A stretch of DNA of 60,520 bases, taken from Malacoraja senta (Eukaryota). A model generated the notes under the pieces. The model saw nothing but the letters and a program-made list of their open reading frames with translations. It was not told the DNA's origin and did not search any database. The position numbers and the translations under genes were made by a program. The stretch lies in assembly GCA_038087875.1 (NCBI GenBank), contig JAXLNO010000073.1, positions 806,001 to 866,520 of the forward strand, read 5' to 3'. This document shows, one piece after another, positions 23,296 to 34,929 of the stretch (its first letter is position 1; each line of letters opens with the position of its first letter).

Positions 23296-23454
23296 TATGA
23301 TGAAAGAAAATATATAATAAGGTTGCTCACAGTGTCACACAGCACGGAAACAGGCCCTTAGGCCCAACTCATTTACCACGACCAAGATGGCCGTCTAAGC
23401 TCATCCCACTTGCCTGTACTCGACCCATATCCCTCAGATCACTTCCCATCATAG

Positions 23455-24062
23455 CGAGAGGATTTGAGTTTAGGAGCAAGAAGGTTCTACTGCAGTTGTA
23501 CAGGGCCCTGGTGAGACCGCACCTGGAGTATTGTCTGCAAGTTTTGGTCTCCTAATTTGAGGAAGGACATTCTTGCTATTAAGGGAGTGCAGCACAGGTT
23601 CCCGGGATGGCGGGACTGTCATATGGTGAAAGAATGGAGCGACTGGGCTTATATACACTGGAATTTAGAAGGATGTGAGGAAGTCTTAAAGAAATACTGT
23701 ATATACAATTCTTAAGCGATTGGAGAGGCTAGATGCAGGAAAAATGTTCCTGGTGTTGGGGGTGTCCCGAACCAGGGGTCACAGTTGAAGAATAAGGGGG
23801 AGGCCATTTAGGACTGAGATGAGGAAATACTTTTTCACCCAGAGAGTTGTGAATCTGTGGAATTCTCTGCCACAGAAGGCAGTGGAGGCCGATTCACTGG
23901 ATGTTTTCAAGAGAGAGTTAGATTTAGCTAACGTAATCAAGAAATATGGGGAGAAAGCAGGAAAGGGGTACTGATTGGGGATGATCAGCCATGATCATAT
24001 TGAAATGCAGTGCTGGCTCGAAGGGCCGAATGGCCTACTCCTGCACCTGTTTTCTGTGTTTC
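23455..24062 (+). mobile_element. CR1 3' fragment, degenerate
   Basis: [16 protein letters not shown]...FFTQRVVNLWNSLP plus 3' UTR. Confidence 0.85.
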
Positions 24063-24224
24063 TCTCTTTCTAACACTTTTAGATGTTCCTGTATCTGCAT
24101 CAATGACCACCTCAGGGTGGCAAGGTGGCACAGCGGTGGAGCTGCTGTCTTACAGTGCCAGAGACCCGGGTTCCATCTCAACTATTGGTGCAGTCTATAC
24201 GGAGTTTGTACATTCACCCCATGT

Positions 24225-24450
24225 CCCAACAACAGCTAACAATGGCCTGTTTCCTGTATCATCGTTACTTGTTTTGCATATCTTTCATTCATTGTTCTTT
24301 ATCTTTCCACGTCATCGTCTATTTCTCTCATTTCCCTCTCCCTAACTAGTCTGAAGAAGGGTCTCGACCCGAAACGTCACCCATTCCTTCTCTCCAGAGA
24401 TGCTGCCCGTCCCGCTGAGTTAGTTACTCCAGCTTTTTGTGTCTACCTTC
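24225..24450 (+). mobile_element. Penelope-like pLTR
   Basis: Same pLTR sequence that follows GIY-YIG ORFs elsewhere in the window. Confidence 0.8.
24349..24380 (+). ncRNA. Minimal type-I hammerhead ribozyme motif in a Penelope pLTR
   Basis: GT-CTGAAGA-A-GGGT(CTCG)ACCC-GAAA-CGTC^AC: CUGANGA and GAAA boxes, 4-bp stem II, palindromic ACGU in place of stem III, GUC cleavage triplet. Confidence 0.75.
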
Positions 24451-25050
24451 ACCCGCGACATTTGAACATTTGCAACATAATGTCCCTACGTCAATGCTGA
24501 AATTTGTGCCTAATGAAGGCCAGTGTGCCAAAGGCCTTCTTCACAAGTTCACAGATTCACAAGTTATTGGAGTAGAATTAGACCATTCGGCCCATCGAGT
24601 GCACTCCGCCATTCGATCGTGGCTGATCTATCTCTGCCTCCTCATCCCATTTTCCTGCCTTCTCCCCATAATCCTTGACACACCTGTTCTAATCCAGAAT
24701 ATGTCTATCTCTGCCGTATAAAATGTCCACTGACTTGGCCTCCACTACCCTCTGAGGCAGTGAGTTGCGTAGATTCAGCACCCTCTGAATAAAGATGTTC
24801 CTCCTAACCTCCTTTCTAAAAGATCACATCTTCAATTCGGTAGCTCGGTGGATGCAGGTAGAGCTGGGTTCCATCTTGACCATGGGCGCTGTCTGTCTGG
24901 AGACTGTATGGTTTTGCACACTCCCAAAAGGTACAGGTTTGTAGGTTAGTTGGTTTCTGCAACTCATCCCTAGTGTGCAGCAGAGCTAGTGTATGGCCGA
25001 TTGTTGGTCAGTATGGACTCGGTGCGTAAAGTGGCTGTTTCTATGTATCT

Positions 25051-25345
25051 TTTAGTTTAGTTTAGTTTAGAGATGCAGCGTGGAAACAGGCCCTTCGGCC
25101 CATCGAGTCTGCACCGACCAGTGATCCCCACACACTAACACTATCCGACACCCACTAGGGACAATTTACATTTACACCAAGCCAATTAACCAACAAACCC
25201 ACACGTCTATGGAGGAAACCGGAGCATCCAGAGAAAACCCACGCAGGTCACGGGGAGAACGTGCAAACTCCGTACAGACAGCACCCGTAGTCAGGATCGA
25301 ACCCGGGTCTCTGGCGCTGTGAGGCAGCGACTCTACCGCTGCCCT
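25051..25345 (-). mobile_element. tRNA-derived SINE (HE1-like)
   Basis: (TTTAG)n tail; minus-strand B-box GGTTCGATCC. Confidence 0.85.
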
Positions 25346-25449
25346 ACCCTCTAAAACAAAAGAAAGCTAAATTGTCAAAGTTAAATATCAACAGAGAGAG
25401 TATGGGCTGCTTTCATTTATTGGATCCGGTACAATATGTAAGAGTGGAT

Positions 25450-25840
25450 GAAGGAACTGCAGATGCTGGTTTGTACCGAAGATAGACACAAAATGGTGGA
25501 GTAACTCAGCGGGACATGGAGTATCCCTGGAAAGAAGGAACGGGTGATGTTTCGGGTTGAGACCCGTCTTCAGACCGACGTCGGGAGTGGAGGGAGATAC
25601 ATAGACAAGGAACAGTAAGGTGTGAAAACAGGGCAAAGGGGATGGAGATCAAAAACAAAAACTAGAGTAGATCATTGTTGGCTGGGAGAAGGTAACAACA
25701 AAACACACAGAGATAAAATGGAATCGGAGACAGTCAGACTGGGGGAGGGATGGAGACAGATGGAAAGCTGGGGTTACTTGAAGTTAGAGTTCATTGTTCA
25801 TACCCATGGTGTAAATTGCCCAAGCAAAATATGAGATGCT
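25450..25840 (-). mobile_element. Penelope-like pLTR and endonuclease tip
   Basis: Reverse pLTR and HILLGQF remnant. Confidence 0.75.
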
Positions 25841-26180
25841 TCAAATTGAGGAAGGGTCTTGACTCCAAACGTCACCCATTCCTTTTCTCCAGAGACGCTG
25901 AGTTCCTGCAGCTTTTTGTGTCTACCTTTGCCTTAAACGAGCATCTGCAGTTCCTTCCCACGGGTTAGTAGGTCAAGGTTGTAAATTGTCCCTAGTGTGT
26001 GTAGGGTAGTGTCAGTGTGTGGGGATTGCTGGTTGGTGCAGACTCAGTGGGCTGAAGTGCCTGTATCTCTAAACTAACTGCAAACTCTTACTCGATTCAC
26101 CACAACTGAATTAAGAAAAAATTCCCCCTCCCCAGTGATGACCCTTTTTCCCGTCTCCAAAGGACACCCTCCTCTTAAAA

Positions 26181-27165
26181 CTCCATCCCCTGCTCCCAAT
26201 TCCCCCGTCTACACCGCATCTGCTCCCAGGATGAGGTGTTCCACACCAGGGCATCGGAGATGTCCTCATTCTTCAGGGAACGGGGGTTCCCCTCTAGATG
26301 AGGCTCTCACCAGGGTCTCTTCTATACCCCGTAACTCTGCTCTCACTCCCCATCCCCCCACTCACAACAAGGGCAGAGTCCCCCTTGTCCTCACCTTCCA
26401 CTCTACCAGCCGTCACATACAACAAATAATCCTCCGACATTTTCGCCACCTCCAACGGGATCCCACCACTGGCCACGTCTTCCCATCTTCCGCAGAGACC
26501 GCTCCCTCCGTAACTCCCTGGTCAATTCGTCCCTTCCCACCCAAACCGCCCCCTCCCCGGGCACTTTCCCTTGCAGCCGCAGGAAATGCTACACTTGTCG
26601 CTTTACCTCCCCCCTAGACTCCATCCAAGGACCCAAACAGTCTTTCCAGGTGCGGCAGAGGTTCACCTGCATCTCCTCCAACCTCATCTATTGCATCCGC
26701 TGCTCTAGGTGTCAGCTGATCTACATCGGTGAGACCAAGCGTAGGCTTGGCGATCGCTTCGCCCAACACCTCCGCTCGGTCCGCAATAACCAACCTGATC
26801 TCCCGGTGGCTCAGCACTTCAACTCCCCCTCCCATTCTGAATCCGACCTTTCTGTCCTGGGCCTCCTCCATGGCCAGAGTGAGGACCACTAGAAATTGGA
26901 GGAGCAGCACCTCATATTCCACTTGGGCAGTTTGCACCCCAGCGGTATGAACATTGACTTCTCCAATTTCAGGTAGTCCCTGCTTTCTCCTCCCCTTCTC
27001 AGGTCTCCCTCAGCCCACTATCTCCACCTCTTCCTTGCTTCTTCCCGTCCCCCCGTCCCCCCACCCTCACATCAGTCTGAAGAAGGGGTTCGACCCTAAA
27101 CATTGCCTATTTCCTTCACTCTATAGATGCTGCCTCACCCGCTGAGTTTCTCCAGCATTTTTGTC
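26181..27165 (+). mobile_element. Penelope-like element: RT C-terminus, GIY-YIG endonuclease, pLTR
   Basis: ORFs 26135-26617 and 26650-26892; same subfamily as 13323-14458. Confidence 0.9.
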
Positions 27166-27232
27166 CCCCCTAAGAAAAATAGGAAGTCAATGCTTGTCCA
27201 GAAAGAACAATTGATGAATTTAATACAATTGT

Positions 27233-27656
27233 GTAGGAAGGAACTGCAGGTGCTGGTTTAAACCGAAGATGGGAACAAAATGCTGGAGTAACTCAGCGGG
27301 TCAGGCTGCATCTCTGGAGAGAAGGAATGGGTGACGCTTCTTCAGACTGTGAGTTGGGGGGGAAAGGGAAACAAGAGATATAGACGATGATGTAGAGAGA
27401 TAAAGAACAATGAATGAAAGATATGCAAACAGTAACGATGATGAAGGAAACTGATCTGTTAGCTGATTGCTAGGTGAGAACAAGAAGCTGGTGCGACTTG
27501 GGTGGGGGAGGATGGAGAGGGAGAGAGGGAGGATGCCAGGGGTTACTTGAAGTTAGAGAAATCAATATTCATACCACTGGGTTGTAAGCTGCCCAAGTGA
27601 AATATGAGATGCAGTTCTTCCAATTTGTATTTAGCCTCACTGACAGTGGAGGGGGC
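27233..27656 (-). mobile_element. Penelope-like 3' end with 15-bp TSD, inserted in an old CR1 RT remnant (about 27180-27770)
   Basis: TSD ATTTAATACAATTGT at 27218-27232 and 27657-27671; host remnant encodes AFQKAF...LKAHGI. Confidence 0.85.
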
Positions 27657-27979
27657 ATTTAATACAATTGTTTGAAGTGCATAAGTGAAGGGACTGAAAA
27701 GGCATTTCAAAAGGCATTTGCGAGATTCCATTGGCAGCTTGTTGATGAATTGAAGGCTCATGGTATTGAAAGTATCATCAGTGTTATCCTGCCATTTAAC
27801 AGAGAGCTACAGTTGATGTTTTACAGAGTAATGTTCCTCAGTCAACAATGGACTTTTTCTGCCCATCCTCTCCCTCTCTCGGAGATGTTGAAAAGTACAC
27901 GTGTTCACAGATTGAGAAGCAGTTGTAGCCTGGCAGTTATTGAGAAGAAAGATAGCAGAAAGGTGGCAAACGGTAGAAA

Positions 27980-28287
27980 GACAAGGGGCCACAGTTTAAG
28001 AATAAGGAGTAAGCCATTTAGAACGGAGACGAGGAAACACTTTTTCTCACAGAGAGTGGTGAGTCTGTGGAATTCTCTGCCTCAGAGGGCGGTGGAGGCC
28101 GGTTCTCTGGATACTTTCAAGAGAGAGCTTGATAGGGCTCTTAAAGATAGCGGAGTCAGGGGATATGGGGAGAAGGCAGGAACGGGGTACTGATTGGGGA
28201 TGATCAGCCATGATCACATTGAATGGCGGTGCTGGCTCGAAGGGCCAAATGGCCTCCTCCTGCACCTATTGTCTATTGTCTATTGAC
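27980..28287 (+). mobile_element. CR1 3' end
   Basis: TRGHSLRIRSKPFRTETRKHFFSQRVV; (TATTGTC) tail. Confidence 0.88.
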
Positions 28288-28319
28288 TGATATGATATGA
28301 TACGATAGAACAGTCATCG

Positions 28320-28657
28320 GTCAACAGTCATAAATACATAATACATGTAAGATGAGATTAAAGTGACGAGTGGTGAGGATTGGGGGTGTGCAAAGATTGG
28401 GGAGGGGAGTCAGTCTCAGTCTACCCCACGACAGAAGGGGGAGGAGTTGTACAGTTTGATAGCCACAAGGAAGAAGGATCTCCTGTGGTGTTCTGTGCTG
28501 CATCTTGGTGGGACCAGTCTGTTGCTGAAGGTGCCCCTCAGGTTGACCAATATGTCAGAGCTGTATTGTCCAGGATGCTCCACAGTTTGAGGAGCATCCT
28601 CCCCTCCGAGACCACCTCCCGTGAATCCAACTCCAACTCCGCCCCCAGGACGGAGCC
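28320..28657 (-). mobile_element. Rex1/Babar LINE 3' end, second subfamily
   Basis: Minus strand FSNRLVPPRCSTEHHRRSFFLVAIKLYN resembles the Rex1 C-terminal motif. Confidence 0.65.
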
Positions 28658-28827
28658 AAAGGCAATTGGATCAAACAGCGTTTTAGAATAGAAAGACATT
28701 GATCACATTGTTTTTTAAAATAAAGAACAGTTCACTTTCGGGACTTTAGAAGCCAAGTGCAACAGAAAGAGCGGATGTTAAAACCTAGAGGTCTTGAAAC
28801 TAAATATGATGCCACAGCAGTGAAAGA

Positions 28828-29465
28828 TTGGGCGGCACGGTGACGCAGCGGGTAGAGCTGCTGCCTCACAGCGCCAGAGACCCGGGTTCCATCCCAACCA
28901 CGGGCGCTGTTTGTACGCAGTTTGCACGTTCTCCCCTTGACCTGCGTGGGTTTTCTCCGGGTGCTCCGGTTTCCTCCCACACTCCAAAGACGCGCAGGTT
29001 TGTTGGTTAATTAGCTTTGGCTAAACACTGTAAATTGTTCCCTGGCATGTGAAGGATAGTGTTAGTGTGTGGGGATTGCTGATTCAATCACGGCTGATCT
29101 CTCTCTCCCACCTAACCCCATTCCGCTGCCTTCCCTCCATAACCCTTTACACCCGCACTTACCAAGAATCTATCTATCTCTGCCTTAAATACATCCACTG
29201 ATTCCACAGATTCACCACCCGCTGACTGAAGACATTCCTCCTCATCTCCTTCCTAAAAGAACGTCCTTTAATTCTGAGGCTGTGCCCTCTGGTCCTAGAC
29301 TCTCCCACTAGTGGAAACATCCTCTCCACTTCCGAGAGTCCCAGAGTCTAAGAGCTGGGCTTCACGGTGGCGCAGCGGGTAGAGCTGCTGCCTCACAGCG
29401 CCAGAGACCCGGGTTCCATCACAACCACGGGCCCTGTCTGTACGGAGTTTGTACATTCTCCCTGT
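28828..29465. repeat. SINE/CR1 composite; permuted duplicate of 31111-31647
   Basis: Shares the SINE-CR1 junction GGGGATTGCTGATTCAATCACGG and the unique GAGAGTCCCAGAGTCTAAGAGCTGGGC. Confidence 0.85.
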
Positions 29466-29469
29466 GACC

Positions 29470-29996
29470 GAGATGAGAAGGACATTATAGCCATAGAGGG
29501 AGTGGACAGAAGGTTCACCAGACTGATTCCTGGGATGTCAGGACTTTCATATGAAGAAAGACTGGATAGACTTGGCTTATACTCGCTAGAATTTAGGAGA
29601 TTGAGAGGGGATCTTATAGAAACGTACAAAATTCTTACGGGGTTGGACAGGCTAGATGCAGGAAGATTGTTCCCGATGTTGGGGAAGTCCAGGACAAGAG
29701 GTCACAGCTTAAGGATAAGGGGGAAATCCTTTAAGACCGAGATGAGGAAAAACGTTTTCACACAGAGAGTGGTGAATCTCTGGAACTCTCTGCCACAGAG
29801 GGTAGTCGAGGCCAGTTCATTGGCTATATTTAAGAGGGAGTTAGATGTGGCCCTTGTGGCTAAAGGGATCAGGGGGTATGGAGAGAAGGCAGGTACGGGA
29901 TACTGAGTTGGATGATCAGCCATGATCATATTGAATGGCGGTGCAGGCTCGAAGGGCTGAATGGCCTACTCCTGCACCTATTTTCTATGTTTCTAT
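29470..29996 (+). mobile_element. CR1 3' end inserted in a SINE
   Basis: ORF 29367-29906 CR1 motifs; TGACC on both sides; same subfamily as 48270-52037. Confidence 0.9.
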
Positions 29997-30519
29997 GACC
30001 TGCGTGGGTTTTCTCTGGGATCTTCAGTTTCCTCCCGTCGGTTAATTGGCTTGGTGTAATTCTACATTGCCCCTGGTGTGTGTCGGATAGAGTTAGTGCG
30101 CGGGGATCGCTGGTTGGCGCGGACCCGGTGGGCCGAAGGGCTGTATCTCTAAACTAAACTAGATCACGAGCAGGAAACTAATTTCCACTTTCAACGAGGT
30201 TCATTTCTGGAATTGAAAAGCAGGGAAATGTAGGCAGGTGTTCCTTTAAAGAAACAAGGCCCCAAGACACGTTATGTTCCAGGAAGGAACTGCAGATGCT
30301 GGTTTAAACCGAAGATAGACACAAAATGCTGGAGTAACTCAGCCGGACAGGCAGCATCTCTGGAGAGTAGGAATGGGTGACGTTTCGTGTCGAGACCCTT
30401 CTTCAGACAGAGTTGTGGGAAAAGGAAACGAGAAATATAGACGATGATGTAGAGAGATAGAGAACAAATGAATGATTGAAATGCAAGAAAGTAAGAAGGA
30501 TAAAGAAATCAGCTGCAGT

Positions 30520-30958
30520 GAACAATGGCCTGTTTCCTTTATCATCGTCACTTTTTTGCATATCTTTCATTCATTTGTTCTATATTGGAGGAACAGCATC
30601 TCATATTTCACTTGGGCAGCTTACAATCCAGTGGTATGAATATCGATTTTTCTGAGTTCAGGTAACCCCTGGCATTCCCTCTCTCTCCATCCCTCCCCCA
30701 CCCAAGTCGCACCAGCTTCTCGTTCTCACCCAACAAACAACTAACAATGGCCAGTTTCCGTTATCATCGTGACTTTTTTGCATATCTTTCGTTCATTTAT
30801 TCTACATCTCTCCACATCACCGTCTATCTCTCTCGTTTCCCTTTCCCGTGACTTTCAGTCTGAAGAAGGGTCTCGACCCGAAACGTCACCCGTTCCTTCT
30901 CTCCAGAGATGCTGCCCGTCCCGCTGAGTTACTCCAGCACTTTGTGTCAATCTTCGGC
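30520..30958 (+). mobile_element. Penelope-like endonuclease tip and pLTR, head-to-head with a minus pLTR at about 30280-30520
   Basis: LEEQHLIFHLGSL; intact hammerhead at 30858-30889. Confidence 0.8.
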
Positions 30959-31385
30959 CAAAACCTCTGTAGCGTCTCAGCGTGCGAGAATTTTATTCTT
31001 CTGCTCCTAGAGTATATGGCAGTTGAAAGCATTTGCCTCTCTTGAACTCGTGATAAACTATACTTGGCATTTTTCCAATACCCATGTTGTGAATCTGTGT
31101 ACACTATTTGGAGAGTCCCAGAGTCTAAGAGCTGGGCGTCACAGTGGGGCAGCGGGTAGAGCTGCTGCCTCACAGCGCCAGAGACCCGGGTTCCATCACA
31201 ACCACGGGTGCTGTTTGTACGGAGTTTGCACGTTCTCCCCGTGACCTGCGTGGGTTTTCTCCGGGTGCTCCGGTTTCCTCCCACACTCCAAAGACGTGCA
31301 GGTTTGTTGGTTAATTAGCTTTGGCTAAACACTGTAAATTGTTCCCTAGCATGTGAAGGATAGTGTTAGTGTGTGGGGATTGCTG

Positions 31386-32000
31386 ATTCAATCACGGCTG
31401 ATCTCTCTCTCCCACCTAACGCCATTCCACTGCCTTCCCTCCATAACCCTTTACACCCGCACTTACCAAGAATCTATCTATCTCTGCCTTAAATACATCC
31501 ACTGATTCCACAGAGTCACCACCTGATTCCACAGAGTCACTAAAGACATTCCTCTTCATCTCCTTCCTTAAAGAACGTCCTTGAATTCTAATTTAATAGA
31601 ACCTCTGGTCCTAGACTCTCCCACTAGTGGAAACATCCTCTCCACATCCACTCTATCCAGGCCTTTCACTATTCTGTACGTTTCAATGAGGTCCCCCCTC
31701 ATCCTTCTAAACTCCAGCGAGTACAGGCCCAGTGCCGACAAACGCTCATCGTACGTTAACCCACTCATTCCTGGGATCGTTCTTGTAAACCTCCTCTGGA
31801 CCCTCTCCAGAGCCGGCACATCCTTCCTCAGATACGGGGCCCAGAATTGCTCACAATGCCCCAAATGCGTCCTGACCAGCGCCTTGTAGAGCCTCAACAT
31901 TACATCCCTGTTTTTGTATGCAAGTCCTCTTGAAATAAATGCTAGCATTGCATTAGCTTTGTTTACTATCAATTCGACTCGCAGATTAACTTTTTGGCAA
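31386..32000 (-). mobile_element. CR1 3' fragment
   Basis: ORF 31568-31972 is a CR1 RT C-terminus. Confidence 0.88.
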
Positions 32001-32189
32001 TAAGGTTAGCTGTGAGTAAGCGGTGAATCTTTTACTGTGAGACCTAACAATGCGGACTGATGATATCTCTAGAGTGGGACGAGTAAGGGGTTTTTGCTGT
32101 TTTTGGGTTATGGTGTTATCCTTATCCTCCGACCTCATCTAATGTATCCACTGTTCCAGGTGAGACCAAACGCAGGCTCCCCTCCCTGG

Positions 32190-32882
32190 TTAACCCACCC
32201 AAACCACCCCCTCCCCAGGTACCTTCCCCTGCAACCGCAGGAGATACAACACCTGTCCCTATACCTCCTCCCTCGACTCTGTCCAGGGACCCCGACAGTC
32301 CTTTCAGGTGAGGCAGAGGTTCACTTGCACCTCCTCCAACCTCATCTACTGTATCTGCTGTTCCAGGTGTGGACTCTTATACACACCTTGGACCAAACGC
32401 AGACTGGGCGATCGTTTCGCTGAACACCTCCGCTCAGTCTGCCTGGACCTCCCTGATCTCCCGGTTGCCAAACACTTTAACTCCCGCTCCCATTCCCACA
32501 CTGACATTTCTGTCCTGGGCCTCCTCCACTGTCAGAGTGAGGCCCAGCGCAAATGGGAGGAACAACACCTCATATTTCGCCTAGGCAACTTACACCCAGT
32601 TCTCTGACCAGTCTTACTGTCTCTGACCACATTTTATCTCTGTGTGCTTTGTTGTCACCTTCTCCCAGCCAACAATGATCTATTCCACATTTTCCTTAAT
32701 CTCCATTTCCTTTGTCCTGTTTTCACACCGTACACTTCCTTATCTATGTATCTCCCTCCCCCCCTGACGTCAGTCTGAAGAAACGTCACCCGTTCCTTCT
32801 TTCCTGAGACGCTGCCTGTCCCGCTGAGTTACTCCACCATTTTGTGTCTATCTTCGGTATAAACCAGCACTTGCAGTTCCTT
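32190..32882 (+). mobile_element. Penelope-like GIY-YIG endonuclease and pLTR
   Basis: ORF 32308-32607 FTCTSSNLIYCICCSRCGLLY...RRLGDRFAEH. Confidence 0.88.
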
Positions 32883-33489
32883 CATCCACTCTTACATATT
32901 GTACCGGATCCAATAAATGGAAGCAGCCCGTACTCACTCTGTTGATATTTAACTTTGACAAGGGGGCGGCACGGTGGCGATTTTAGAGAGCGTCACGGTG
33001 GCGCAGCGGTAGAGTTGCTGCCTCACAACGCCAGAGTCCCGGGATCGATCCTGACTACGGGTGCTGTCTGTACGGAGTTTGCATGTTCTCCCCGTGACCT
33101 GCGTGGGTTTTCTCCGGGTGCTCCGGTTTCCCCCCACACTCCAAAGACGTACAAATGTATGGGTTAATAGGCTTCGGTAAAATTGTAAATGATCATAAGT
33201 GTGTGTGTAGGCTGAGGGCTTGTTTCCGCGCTGTATCTCGAAACAAAAAGGAAACGGATAGATACAGCGTAGAAACAGGCCTTTCGACCCACCGAGTCCG
33301 CACTGACCAATGATTGGCCGTACACTAATTCTGTCCTGTACACTACCCACCATTTACAGAAGCCAATTAACCTGCAAACCTGCACGTTTTTGGAGTGTGG
33401 GTTACAGGTAGATTGCTGCCAATCGACTGGTGCCCCTGCTGCTAGATCAATACATCTTTCAGGTAAAGCGGCTGAATAATGTGTTGAAA

Positions 33490-34125
33490 ACTGGCCTTCA
33501 TCAGTCAGTATTGAGTACAGAAGTTGGGAGGTCATGTTGCAGTTGTATAAGATGGTGATGAGACCACATTTAGAATATTGTCTTCAGTTCTGGGCGTTGT
33601 GTTAGAGCAAAGATATTGTCACGCTTGAAATGGTTCTGAGAAAATGTACGAGGATGTTGCCAGTACTAGAGGGTGTGAGCTAGAGGGAGAGGTTGAGTAG
33701 GCTGGGTCTCTATTCCATGGAGCACAGGAGGATGAGGGGAGATCTTATAGAGGTGTATAAAATCATGAGAGGAATAGATCGGGTAGATGCACAGAGTCTC
33801 TTGCCCAGAGTAGGGAAATCGAGGACCAGAGGACATAGGTTCAAGATGAAGGGGAAAAGATTTACTAGGATTCTGAGTGGTAACTTTTTCACACAGAGGG
33901 TGGTGGGTGTATGGAACGAGCTGCCAGAGGAGGAAGTTGAGGCTGGGACTATCACAACATTTAAGAAACAGTTAGACAGGTACATGGATAGGGTGGGTTT
34001 TGGAGGGATTTGGACCAAACGCGAGCAGGTGGGACTAGTGTGTTGACAACTGGGACATGTTGGCCAGTGTGGGCAAGTTGGGCCGAAGGGCCTGTTTCCA
34101 CACTGTATCACTATGACTCAATGAC
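33490..34125 (+). mobile_element. CR1 3' fragment
   Basis: ORF 33693-34046 carries CR1 motifs. Confidence 0.88.
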
Positions 34126-34129
34126 TATA

Positions 34130-34470
34130 ATTGCAGGATCTGGCACTATTCAAAGGTAAGCAGTCACAACATCTGACAGCTGATATTTTTATGTTTACAA
34201 ATTATGACTTTGACACGCTGAGTTACAATGCTTGCATACTAATGAGTTTGTGGAGATAGGGGTTGGCCCAGTTAACAGGCCCGTAATTACCAAGGATAGT
34301 ATTGAATTGCCTTATCACTAAAGCTGTCAAAGACTTCTATTAATGAGTGTGAGTTACAGGGCCTTATAATAAGCTACTGTCAGTGGCTGAATAATATCAG
34401 TTGTAGCACGTAACCATCGCCCAGTTTACGTTTGGTCTCGTTGTGAAGATGGAATATTGTGCAGCAAACC
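34130..34470. promoter_or_regulatory. Candidate conserved non-coding element or enhancer
   Basis: Non-repeat island with three TGACAG/CTGTCA, TAATTA, two TAATGA, TGTTTAC and TTCAAAG motifs; conservation not tested. Confidence 0.35.
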
Positions 34471-34479
34471 ATGCATTTG

Positions 34480-34918
34480 GGTATTTGGTATAAAGGCGTG
34501 GACTATTATCTAAATGGGGAGAGAATCCAGAAACCGGAGGTGCAAAGGAACTTGGGAATGCTGGTGCAGGATTCCCAAAGAGTTAATGTGCAAGTTGAAT
34601 CGGTAGTAAGGAAGGCAAACTCAATGCAGGCATTTATTTCATGAGGGCTTGTGTACAAAAACAGGGATGTAATGCTGAGACTCTACAAGGCGCTGGTCAG
34701 GCTGCTTTTGGAGTATTGTGAGTATTTTGGGCCCAATATCTGAGGAAGGATGTGCTGGCTCTGGAGAGGGTCCAGAGGAGGTTTACAAGAACGATCCCAG
34801 GAATGAGTGGGTTAACATATGATGAGCGCTTGACAGCACTGGGCCTGTACTCGCTGGAGTTTAGAAGCATGAGGGGGGACCTCATTGAAACGTACAGAAT
34901 AATGAAAGGCCTGGATAG
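34480..34918 (+). mobile_element. CR1 fragment
   Basis: ORFs 34459-34644 and 34752-34946. Confidence 0.85.
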
Positions 34919-34929
34919 GCAAAGTAGAC

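Noticed and set aside
30990..31135. Strong + strand acceptor (TTTTATTCTTCTGCTCCTAG) followed by an open frame SIWQLKAFASLELV...
   Set aside because: No convincing donor, no recognisable protein, and it runs into a SINE.
34131..34161. Possible 19-nt micro-exon TTGCAG|GATC...AAAG|GTAAGC
   Set aside because: No polypyrimidine tract, the upstream sequence is a CR1 tail and the length is not frame-preserving.
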